A stretch of 17,012 nt of DNA. It comes from Octopus sinensis. Taxonomy: Eukaryota. Position numbers and translations under genes: made by a program. The stretch is taken from contig NW_021824985.1 of the NCBI RefSeq assembly GCF_006345805.1, forward strand, positions 1-17,012. Reading direction: 5' to 3'. The notes under the pieces were generated by a model. The model made no database searches and had not been told where the DNA came from. It worked only from the letters and a program-made list of their open reading frames with translations. Below are positions 1-10,065 of the stretch, piece by piece (the stretch's first letter is position 1; the number at the start of each line of letters is the position of its first letter).

Positions 1-389
1 TTGTAGATCGTCGACTATGTTTAATTATTAAAATTTTTTTTTGTATTTTTTTCTCCCAGGAAATTTCAATTAATTAAGAACTCTTTGCATACATCATTCA
101 ATAAATCACCCTCTAATTGATGATTGTGTGCGTGGAAGGTGTTTGTGTATATGTACGTATGAGTATGTGTGTGTGCGTGTGTGTGTCTGTGTATGTGTGT
201 GTGTGTATGTGTGTGTGTGGTGATATTAGATTATCTCACTTTTCATTTTTATTTTTATTTATTATTTTGAAGTGATATGTGATATGCAGCATTGAGGTTT
301 GATACCCAATTATCAACGAATAGTTTTAGTTCATTAAAAGAAATCTAATTCCGAGATTTTTATTATTACACAATTTTTTTGTCCTATCA

Positions 390-425
<36 letters not shown>

Positions 426-840
426 CACACACACTATCTCTCTCTCACACACACACGCACACACGCACATACACACACATATACACATCGACTCAGTTAT
501 ATACATACACATAGATACTTGGAAACCTATAAAAACTTAATACATGCAAACACATACCTCACGTTGACACACATAGGCATATATTCAATTTACTAATATA
601 TAAACAATCTATGTATAATTGTGTGAGTGTACATATGTACGTGCACTCAATTGCTATTATATAAATGCTGGTGTTAAACGTTTCCTGTCTGTAAGTGTGT
701 GCACATGTATATTGTAAACAGCGTCATGAGGTGCTAATAATTTTCTTCGTAAGTCAACAAAAGTGCTCAATGCGCACTCGTAGAGCACTGAACGTACATA
801 TGTGCATATATATACGCATACATGTCTACATGTGTATATC

Positions 841-929
<89 letters not shown>

Positions 930-1022
930 ATATATATATATATATATATACATATATATATGTACAGACATATAACTTACGCACGCACACACATAATATA
1001 CCGTATATACATTCTATGTATG

Positions 1023-1102
<80 letters not shown>

Positions 1103-1115
1103 CTATATATATATC
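841..1115. repeat. (TCTA)n followed by (TA)n microsatellites
   Basis: Direct reading: (TCTA)n at ~841-928, then TA tracts. Confidence 0.95.
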
Positions 1116-1286
1116 TGTATATTTGGAGAAAGATTCGTTTTTTGTCTTTCTTGATATTATAACTGCATCAAGTCTAATTACTCGAATATATATTTATATA
1201 TATACGTATATGTATTTAATTATATATGCATATATGTACATACACACACACACACACACATACACACAAACATATGTGTATATGAT

Positions 1287-1322
<36 letters not shown>

Positions 1323-1332
1323 TCTTTTATTA

Positions 1333-1735
1333 TTTTACTCTTTTAGTTGTTTCAGTCATTGGACTGTGGCCATCCTGGAGCACCGCCTTTAGTCGAACAA
1401 ATCGACCCCGGGACTTATTCTTTGTTAGCCTAGTACTTTTTCTGTCGGGCTCCTTTTACCGAACCGCTAAGTTACGGAGATGTAAACACACCAGCATCGG
1501 TTGTCAAGCGATGTTAGAGGGACAAACACACACACACACACACACATACACACATATATGTATAGATATATATATATGACGGGCTTCTTTCAGCATCCGT
1601 CCACCAAATCCACTCACAAGACTTTGGTCGATCCGAGGCTATAGCAGGAGACACTTCCACCAAGTGCCACGCAGTGGAACTGAGCCCGGAACCATGTGGT
1701 TAAGAAGCAGGCTTCTTACCACACATCCACGCGTA
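1333..1735 (-). mobile_element. tRNA-derived SINE, family 1 (internal microsatellite), copy A
   Basis: Aligns by eye along its length with 2053-2466 and the reverse complement of 10063-10545. It has a Pol III A/B box-like head, an internal (AC/AT)n tract and an AAAAGAGT-type tail. Confidence 0.85.
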
Positions 1736-1917
1736 TATGTATGTAGACACTGTCAGCCTTTGACTTTATACATCCAAAAGGGATTTCCAGCCTAATACTA
1801 ACATATTATTTATAGCTCTGTGTGTGCCTCAAGATATAAAAATGGAATTGTGTTGGGGGGGGGGGGGCGCGCACACACGTCTTTCTGTGTGTATGTATCG
1901 TTTTTTCCTTTAGTTTC

Positions 1918-1969
1918 CAAGACTTTTGAGTTGAACTCGTATGTTGAAACAGATATTGTTGTTTCTCGG
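1918..1969 (+). repeat. Short relic homologous to the PLE terminal region at 14273-14324
   Basis: CAAGACTTTTGAGTTGAACTCGTATGTTGAAACAGATATTGTTGTTTCTCGG vs CAAGATTTTTTATGTGAAGTCGTGTGTTGAAACAGATATTGTTATATTTCGG. The 19-bp exact core TGTTGAAACAGATATTGTT is at 1942-1960 and 14297-14315. Confidence 0.5.
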
Positions 1970-2052
1970 GAGGGTTATAAAGTCTAGAGGCAGACAGACC
2001 TAAAGCTGACTTAAAGTAGAGCGGAATGTCATTGATGAGGTATGATGCCTAT

Positions 2053-2466
2053 ACTCTTTTACTCTTTTACTTGTTTCAGTCATTTGACTGCGGCCATGCT
2101 GGAGCACCGCCTTTAGTCGAGCAAATCGACCCCGGGACTTATTCTTTTGTAAGTCCAGTACTTATTCTATCGGTCTCTTTTGCCGAACCGCTAAGTGACG
2201 GGGACGTAAACACACCAGCATTGGTTGTCAAGCAATGCTAGGGGGACAAACACAGACACACAAACATATACACACACACTTATATATATATACATATATA
2301 CGACGGGCTTCTTTCAGTTTCCGTCTACCAAATCCACCCACAAGGTATTGGTCGGCCCGGGGCTATAGCAGAAGACACTTGCCCAAGATGCCACACAGTG
2401 GGACTGAACCCGGAACCATGTGGTTGGTAAGCAAGCTACTTACCACACAGCCACTCCTGCGCCTAT
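2053..2466 (-). mobile_element. tRNA-derived SINE, family 1, copy B (near full length)
   Basis: Minus-strand head ATAGGCGCAGGAGTGGCTGTGTGGTAAG...GGTTCAGTCCC (A box TGGCTGTGTGG, B box GGTTCAGTCCC), a CTTGGGCAAG core, an internal microsatellite and tail (GTAAAAGA)2. Confidence 0.9.
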
Positions 2467-2580
2467 GGTGACGAAACTTAACTGATTCATTTACTGAACG
2501 GTTAATCAAACTTTCGATTAGTTAACTGGCTAAATGATAATAATAAAAGACATGATATATAACCAACGCGTGTATTATTA

Positions 2581-2625
<45 letters not shown>

Positions 2626-2665
2626 TGAGTGAGAGAGAAAGAGAGAGATAGGGAAGGGAAAGAGA

Positions 2666-2930
2666 TGGAGATGTCTGTGGTAAGAAGCTTGCTTTGCAAC
2701 AACGTGGTTTCGGTTTCAGTTCCACAGTGTGGCTCATTGGGCAAAAGTCTTCTATTATAACCTCGGCGTGACCGAAGCCTTGTGAGTAGTTCTGATAGAT
2801 GGAAACTGAAAGAAACCTGCCATTCATTCGGCAAAAGGATACTGATAGAATAAGTTCCAGACTTTAAAAAAATAAGTAGTGGAGTCGATTTATTTGACTA
2901 GATTTCCCCAAGAGGATGCCCAACTGACCC
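2666..2930 (+). mobile_element. Degenerate family 1 SINE, copy C, internally deleted
   Basis: GTGGTAAGAAGCTTGC...TTGGGCAAAAGTCTTCTA...GCCTTGTGAGT...GGAAACTGAAAGAA followed by GGCAAAAG..GATAGAATAAGT..GTCGATTTATTTGACT matches both halves of copies B and D. Confidence 0.6.
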
Positions 2931-3023
2931 TACTATACTGTGTAGTCGACAAAATCAAAAAGAAACAACGCGCATGCGTGAAATCTAAAATCTAAAATGG
3001 CGACTAGTTACCCATCGCGCCCT

Positions 3024-3041
3024 GTATATATATACACATGT

Positions 3042-3104
<63 letters not shown>

Positions 3105-3133
3105 TACATATACATATATACATATATATACAT

Positions 3134-3164
<31 letters not shown>

Positions 3165-3456
3165 TATGGACAAATTTTACTGCATATATTAGTGTTTCCA
3201 AATGTATATAAGTGCGTGTATGTGAGTGTTTGTTGTGTGGGCGTGGGTACACACACACACATACATGCATACATACATGCATACATACATACATACATAC
3301 ATACATGCATACATACATACATACATACATACATACATACATACATACATACATACATACATACATACATACATACACACATATATATATATACATACAT
3401 ACATACATACATACATACATACATACATACATACATACATACATACATACATACAT
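3024..3456. repeat. (TA)n/(CATATA)n and long (CATA)n microsatellites
   Basis: Direct reading: TA-type tract at 3024-3170 and (CATA)n at ~3258-3456. Confidence 0.95.
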
Positions 3457-4139
3457 CACATTGTTGAAAACGCCCAATTAACATCTTCGGCAATCGCATC
3501 GTCATAAACAGAACATAAATCTAATTACACCAATTCTCTACTTAGAGATGTTGGTTGTTTTTGAAACGTGATTCGACTATAACCTATCATGTGAGACAAA
3601 TTCTAATTGGTTTCTCGTATTTCTTTAAGAAGATTTCAATTTAAGATAGAATTTAAGTAATTTAAGATCATTTTTGTTCATAGATAATCTTTTTAAAACG
3701 GTTTCTATGGAGACGACTTTATATATTTACCGATATTCTGTCATTGTGTTTAATAAGATATAATAGCAAGCTGCTTCGCAAGTGCAAATTAACCTATTTA
3801 TAATTGAAAACATTCTGTATAATATAATAAATAAAATATTAACATGATGTTTACTATTATCACAAGGACATGTGAACTCGAAAATCAAATTAGTGGATTT
3901 TACGGTTATTTATCAAATAAAAGAATTTTATCTTTTATTTAATAATAATTTGTGGAGTTTATTGCATTTAAAATAGAGATAATGACATAAAGTGGAATGT
4001 ACGGACTCGTTTATGTTTCATGTCAATGCTTTAAACATATCTCTCAACATGGAATATAAATAATGGCATTGGTGGTGATGATGACGATGATGGTGGGGAC
4101 AACAACAACAGCTATAACAACAATATTTGTTGTTGTTGC

Positions 4140-4191
4140 TATTATTATTACTAATACTATAATTATTATTATTATTATTATTATCATTATT

Positions 4192-4238
<47 letters not shown>

Positions 4239-4284
4239 CATTATTATCATTATTATTATCATTATCATTATTATTATCATTATT

Positions 4285-4319
<35 letters not shown>

Positions 4320-4351
4320 TATTTTATTTATTATTATTATTATTATTATCA

Positions 4352-4382
<31 letters not shown>

Positions 4383-4494
4383 TATTATTATTAATATTAT
4401 TATTATTATTATTATCATTATTATTATTATAGTAATAATATACGTTTTACTACAACTAATATTACAACTATTACCACAAGAACAAATAATAATG

Positions 4495-4527
<33 letters not shown>

Positions 4528-4651
4528 TTAATGATAATAATAATAATAATGATAATAATAATAATAATATAAGAATAATAATAATAATAATAATAATAAT
4601 TAATATAATAATAATAATAATAATATAATAATAATAATAATAATAATGATG

Positions 4652-4699
<48 letters not shown>

Positions 4700-4728
4700 A
4701 TAATAATAATAATAATAATAATAATAAT
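4140..4728. repeat. Adjacent (ATT/ATC)n and (AAT)n trinucleotide arrays in opposite orientation
   Basis: (ATT)n with ATC variants at ~4140-4430, and (AAT)n with GAT variants at ~4485-4728. Confidence 0.95.
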
Positions 4729-4981
4729 CCCCTGTGATCATAATATCTCAGCGAAAGAGTTTGACAAGCTCAGAAAATATAAAGACCTACTCATTGAAAT
4801 TGAGAAAATGTGGCATCTCAAGGCGGTTACAATACCAGTGATCGTAGGAGCACTAGGAATGATCAAGAAGGGAACCGAAAATTATATGAGAATGATCCCT
4901 GGCTTACCATCCCTGCAAGAAGTGCAAAAGATTGTCTTAACTGGTACATCACACGTATTGAGAAGAGCATTGTCGATGTGA
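4729..4981 (+). pseudogene. C-terminal restriction-like endonuclease segment of an RLE-type LINE ORF
   Basis: PCDHNISAKEFDKLRKYKDLLIEIEKMWHLKAVTIPVIVGALGMIKKGTENYMRMIPGLPSLQEVQKIVLTGTSHVLRRALSM* matches the P.D.NI..KE..K..KY..L..EI...W...V.IPVIVGALG...Q+..L.GT..+LR pattern of R4-clade ORF ends. The poly-Ile N-terminus of the tracked ORF is only microsatellite. Confidence 0.85.
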
Positions 4982-5158
4982 GAACTGTTGCTGCTCATGT
5001 ATTTTAATTTAACTTAAAAAAAAAAAATTAAAAAAATGTACGAACTATTGAGTTTGGTTTAATGGCCTACCAATGTATACTATCAGTTTCTTTGCCCTAG
5101 GAGTCGGGAAGACACTCGGCAAGAAATGGAAGCAAATTTGAAAGAAGAAAAGAAAAAG
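4729..5158 (+). mobile_element. 5'-truncated R4/Dong-like non-LTR retrotransposon 3' end (restriction-like endonuclease C-terminus plus 3' UTR) within (AAT)n
   Basis: The coding frame 4729-4981 is uninterrupted, followed by a ~177-nt 3' UTR. Flanked by (AAT)n on both sides (4485-4728 and 5159-5186). Confidence 0.8.
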
Positions 5159-5186
5159 TAATAATAATAATAATAATAATAATAAT

Positions 5187-5576
5187 CCTTTCTACTATAG
5201 GCACATGACCGGAAATGTTCGGGTAGGGAGCTAATGAATTATATTGACCTCAATGCGTAACTAGTATTATTTCATCGACCCTGAAAGGATGAAATGCAAA
5301 GACGACCTCGGCGGAATCTGAACTCAGAATGTAAAGACGGACGAAATACATATTTCTTTACTACCCACAAGGGGCTAAACACAGAGAGGACAAACAATGA
5401 TAGACAAATGGATTAAGTCGATTACATCGACCCCAGTGCGTGACTGGTACTTATTTAATCGACCCCGAAAGGATGAAAGGCAAAGTCGAACTCGGCGGAA
5501 TTTGAACTCACAACGTAACGGCAGATGAAATACGGCTACGCATTTCGCCCGACGTGCTAATGTTTCTGCCAGCTCG
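5187..5576 (-). mobile_element. Family 2 tRNA-derived SINE dimer: headed unit (5576-5417), linker, headless unit (5349-5187), (ATT)n tail
   Basis: Both units contain TGAGTTCA(A/G)ATTCCGCCGAG..CTTTGC.TTTCATCCTTTC.GGGTCGAT..A. The end GTGCCTATAGTAGAAAGG runs into (ATT)n at 5159-5186. Confidence 0.85.
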
Positions 5577-5730
5577 ATCAATCAAGGATTTGGGATCAGA
5601 TAAATCAGCTGCACCCTTCACATTAATTGTTATGGGCCTTTTTCCTTCCATCACATCTACTTCTTCACAATCATCATCAATAGTTGCAGTAGCCTCTGTT
5701 CCTACTCACTATTATTACCATTATTGTTAA

Positions 5731-5948
5731 GGCGGTGAGCTGGCAGAATCGTTAGCACGCCGGGCAACCCCCTTAGTCGTATTTCGCCTATTGCTACGTT
5801 CTGAGTTCAAATTCCGTCGATGTCGGCTTTGCTTTTCATTCATTCGGGGTCGACGAATTACGTACCAGTAGAGCACTGGGGTCGATGTAATCGGCTTTTC
5901 CCCTACTCCAAAATTTCAGGCCTTGTACTTATAGGAGAAAGGATTATT
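5731..5948 (+). mobile_element. Family 2 SINE monomer
   Basis: Head GGCGGTGAGCTGGCAGAATCGTTAGCACGCCGGGC, B box GAGTTCAAATTCC, tail GAAAGGATTATT. Possible TSD ATTATTGTTAA (5720-5730) / ATTATTGATAA (5943-5953). The central CATTC.TTCGGGGTCGA..AATT..GTACCAG segment resembles the Nin/Deu-type conserved SINE domain (inference). Confidence 0.85.
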
Positions 5949-5953
5949 GATAA

Positions 5954-6320
5954 AACGGCGAGCTGGCAGAATCTTTAGCACGGTGGGCAAAATGCTTAGC
6001 AACATTTTATCTGTCTGAGTTCAAATTCCGCCGAGGTCGACTTTGTCTTTCATCCTTTCGGGGTCAATAAATTAAGTACCACTTGCGTACTAAGTTCGAT
6101 ATAATCGACTGCACCCCACCCCCCAACAAAATTTCGGGCCTTGTGCCTAGAGTAGAAACGAACATTTCATCTGTCTTTATGTTCTGAGTTCAAATTCGGC
6201 CGAAGTCAATATCGCCTTTCATCCTTTCGGGGTCGATAAAATAAGTACCAGTTGAGCAATGGGATCGACTCGACCTCTTCCCTAAAATTTTCAGGCCTTT
6301 GTGCCGATAGTAGGTTATTA
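5954..6320 (+). mobile_element. Family 2 SINE dimer: headed unit (5954-6158) plus headless unit (6163-6320)
   Basis: Two tandem copies of the TCTGAGTTCAAATTC...TTTCATCCTTTCGGGGTC.ATAAA.TAAGTACCA...GGCCTT.GTGCC.A.AGTAG body. The second copy lacks the A-box head. Confidence 0.85.
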
Positions 6321-6410
6321 ATTTTACCATTATCCTCATGATCATCATCATTATCATCATCATTGCCGTCGACCTCGCTACCATGAATATCAGTTATAAA
6401 ATCTTCACTA

Positions 6411-6750
6411 ATTGGGACCCCCTTCAGTCATGACTGACCGTGGGATTGCACCTAGAAAGTTACCCTCCAAAGCAGAAGTCCGGGCAAGTTTGTTTATAGA
6501 AGACCAGCAGTCGCCCTTACATACCAAGCCTCCGCTCTCCTTGCCACTGATGTTATCCAAGGGAAAGGCAAAAGAGCTGATGCAGCTTGGCACCTGAGAC
6601 GTTGCAATTTATTTCTACAGCTGAGTGAACTGAAGCAACGTGAAATAAAGTGTCTTGCTCAAGAACACAACACGCAACGTGGTCAGGGATTCGAACTCAC
6701 AACCTCACGATCGTAAGCTCGACACTCTAACCACTGAGCCATGCGCCTTC
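6411..6750 (-). mobile_element. Family 3 tRNA-derived SINE, complete, with 15-bp TSD
   Basis: Perfect direct repeat ATAAAATCTTCACTA at 6396-6410 and 6751-6765. Head GAAGGCGCATGGCTCAGTGGTTAGAG...GAGTTCGAATCCC. Core TTGAGCAAGACACTT...CAGTTCACTCAGCTGT is CORE/Meta-domain-like (inference). Confidence 0.9.
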
Positions 6751-7726
6751 ATAAAATCTTCACTACTTTATTAAATAATATAAAATTTTATTATTGCTTT
6801 TATTTTATGCTTATTGTATTTGTCTTTGGTGCTTTCTTATTTCCCCCACTCTACGAAGATATACATATTTGAATATGTGAGTGTGTGTGTGCACGAATTT
6901 ATGTGTGCATATGTTTGTAGATGTGAATCGCATAACTTCAAAAAAAGAATTCTATTTCCTGAACAAAACGTCTTTCCCAGTTGCTCCAAACAAAATCGAG
7001 ACAGATGTAAAAAAAAAAATGATCATAACTACAAAACTACAACATCTACAAGTAAAACATTAGCGGTAACTGTACCACGACGACCACCCCACCACCATCA
7101 TACCATCAGACCAGACAATAAATAAAAAAACATCAACGTATTAAACAATAGCAAGAATCAGTTTTTATCCGTTTTGCTTCGTTTTTTTTGTATAATTTTG
7201 GAAGTTTCAAACAAATTATGAATATAAATATTCACTGTACATTCTAGAAAAGCGTGCGCACACACACATGCACACGTGCACACACACATGCACACGCACA
7301 CACGCATATACATTTACGTATAGAATATATACGTATATGTATACATGTACACGTATATTTATACACATATCTACACACACACACACACACCAAACACACA
7401 CATGAATATACGCGCACACACACACACAGATATATGTGTGTATATGTACACGCACACAAAAGCTTTTCTAAATCAGTTTGTGCGTGCGCACGCGTATTTG
7501 CATATGTATGCGTGAATTGCGCCGCGAGACTCTCCCTTCTTCAGCTGTCGACTGAATACCAACGATTTGGATACCTTCCGGCCGCTACCATTGACGGTGT
7601 CGAGCGGGGAATGTCCGAGTTATTGTACTCCAGATTGTAGCCTACTCTTTCTCTCGTTATCTAAGCTACCACAAATTACGATTGTTTTTTTTTTGTTTGT
7701 TTTTCTTTCCATTATTTTCCCTTCGT

Positions 7727-8106
7727 TGCTGTTGTTGTTGAGCGAAGCAGTCTTCGTCCCAGAGCTCGCAAGGTGGGAGAAGTCCGAAACGTGGTCCTTT
7801 GCTATTCGTAAGACCCGCAGAAGAGAAAGCAGGTCAACCCCTGACACCGAGAGCATCGGCGGATGGATGAATGCGCATCCAGTCTCAGCGGTTGTGTAGG
7901 AAGTCGGGGACAAGAAACAGGAAGAAAGAGTGAGAGAAAGTTGGGGCGAAAGAATACAAGAGGGGTCGCCCCCCCCCCTGCCAGAAATCGTTGAGCTTTA
8001 GGTGTTTTCGTTCAATAAACACACACAACGCCCAGTCTGGGAATCGAAACCGCGATCCTCCGACCGCGAGTCCGCTGCCCTAACCACTGGGCCATTGCGC
8101 CTCCTC
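7727..8106 (-). mobile_element. Family 4 tRNA-derived SINE with (CAA)n tail, 11-bp TSD
   Basis: Head GGAGGCGCAATGGCCCAGTGGTTAGGG...GGTTTCGATTCCC starts at 8104. Tail CAACAACAACAGCA at 7727-7740. TSD TTTCCCTTCGT at 7716-7726 and 8107-8117. May correspond to the octopus OR-type SINEs (unverified). Confidence 0.9.
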
Positions 8107-9004
8107 TTTCCCTTCGTGTTTGTATTATGTTTGGGGATACAAGACTTCCTTTCAAATTCACCTTAATCATACAATCATTTAGCACCACACAGAAGCCCCA
8201 GTTCTTCCTTTCTATTTTCGGCTCCCTTTTTGCCCTTTGCCGTCTCCACTTGTAAAATAAAATGGGTTAACTCGGTAGTTGATCCTTCTGCATTGTTGTG
8301 TTGATTCATCTTCATGGATACTCAAAATCTTGGATATGTATGCAGGCACGTTCAAACAGGAATGATCAGCCTGCTGACAAGAGTATAACTCCAAAGATTC
8401 ATTGCCTCCACACCGCATAATACTGCCGAAGACGGTAGCTCATTTTACACTACACTCAGGAGAAATCTCAACTTGGTGATCTCGACTTTCCACATGCTCC
8501 GGAATAGCTTCCTATGAGGAATTATTCCCCAAGATGCTCGTAGTCATCAGTGTTGTGTCACTAATGCTTTCGTCGCTCGCTCCTACTGTTCATCATAGCA
8601 AAATTTTGAGGTTTGTTATTATGATAGAATATGTGTCCGGCTATTCTAAACGGTGGGTCCCGAACAACAATATAATCCTTTTTTGTCTATGCCCTTAATA
8701 AATGTCGCCTGTATATCAACAATCTTATTTTAGCTTGGTCCTCGTAGATAATAGAAACGTAATAGACAATAGAAGCGTAACTATTTTCTGTGATGTGTTT
8801 CTATGTGTAACCAATGGCAATTGATTCTGTTGCATCGATGTAACTCTGCAAATATTGATGCTGGAGATCAAACAGACTTTTTCGTAAAGAAACATCGCTA
8901 ACCGTGTCAACTCGAAACTGTGCTCAGTCACGGGAAAAAGCATAGTTTGCGTCATGCATGAAGCTTTCCGTCACTCCAGGCTGACCATTTCACTTTGTTG
9001 TCAT

Positions 9005-9070
9005 TGTTTTTGTTGTTGTTATTGTTGTTGTTGTTGCTGCTGCTGCTGCTGTTGTTGTTGCTGTTGTTGT
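9005..9070. repeat. Mixed (TTG/CTG)n trinucleotide tract (CAA/CAG on the minus strand)
   Basis: Direct reading. Confidence 0.9.
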
Positions 9071-10027
9071 TTAGCAACTACCGGCTGGATAGTTGGTCAG
9101 TGCTGCTCCTCAATCACCACCTGCCTCTCCGCCATCCTCAGCCATCTCTTCCTTGGGCTGTGCAGATGGTGGAGGAACAGCGAAGTTGGGTAGGCGGCTC
9201 CTGAAAACTTGACCCGGGGGGAAGGGGGCTGGAGCTATCATGTCTCGAGTTGTTGAAATTTTTTTTTTTTTAGCCGGTAGTTGTTGGTTGAGAACTGTTC
9301 TTTGCCAATTGCTGCTGCTGCTGCAACTGCTGTTAAGCTCCATATCAGCTCTAATCGAACAGGCTTATTCCAGTCGTGACCATCTTCCTTTTTATAATTA
9401 TCTTGTGTTACACTTTCTAATGTAATTCATTTATTTTATATTTTAAGGTGGCATAGTTTAATGCGAGTGATATTTATTTGGCTGCTATTTCTGGTAAGGA
9501 AGACGAACCCGTACAGGCTCATTTCGTCCTCAATTACAATAGTGTAGTGCCATTACCGTGCCAGACCACTCAACTGAATTAGAACAAATATATGCATATA
9601 TATATTATTGGCTTTATATATAGCAGTCAAACTCAACAAGCTGAGTCTTGTCAGCAGCTTACGATTTCTCAGCTCCATTTATTTTAAACACATTTCGTAG
9701 TTGATGACTTTGCAGTTTGATAATTGAAAACGATTTATCTTACAATCTTTAATGAGTGTTCTGCTTCGTCGCCTCGGAGTGGTGTACCAAAGAGGAGGTA
9801 ACTCAGTTCGGTGGAAGCCATAGCTTTGTTCCGGTTGTTGACAACAGCTCAATATCAAAGATAGAAGAGACTGTGCTATGATAAGGCTTGCACAGGAATC
9901 GAACCATGCAACCATGAAACACTTGACTATCGGGGAGTTTACAACCGTGCTTACACTGCGAGTTCTACCCCGTTACCCTGTTCCTCTTTTTCCCATTGAA
10001 ATTGGGTACTTGAAGGTATATATATAT

Positions 10028-10062
<35 letters not shown>

Positions 10063-10065
<3 letters not shown>

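Noticed and set aside
695-1392. ORFs rich in YI/SIYL repeats
   Set aside because: They are translations of (TCTA)n and (TA)n microsatellites, which lack stops in most frames.
2026-2471. ORFs such as FQSFDCGHAGAPPLVEQIDPG (also 10448-10651)
   Set aside because: They are translations of family 1 SINE sequence, recurring only because the SINE recurs.
2985-3507. Six overlapping MYVC/HTYI ORFs
   Set aside because: Artefacts of (CATA)n and (TA)n.
4044-4741. Poly-Ile/poly-Tyr/poly-Leu ORFs
   Set aside because: Artefacts of (ATT)n/(AAT)n. Only the 4729-4981 part of the 4646-4981 ORF is real coding sequence.
5187-6320. CRISPR-like or satellite array
   Set aside because: The repeats are 160-220-bp diverged SINE units in both orientations, not short identical repeats with unique spacers, and the context is eukaryotic.
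6680-6750. tRNA gene-like heads here and at 8040-8104 and 12562-12630
   Set aside because: They have A/B boxes but no proper acceptor stem or clean anticodon arm, and they continue into SINE bodies bounded by TSDs.
9717-9900. Possible exon with GTAACT donor
   Set aside because: All frames between the candidate acceptor and donor contain stops, and no recognisable product.
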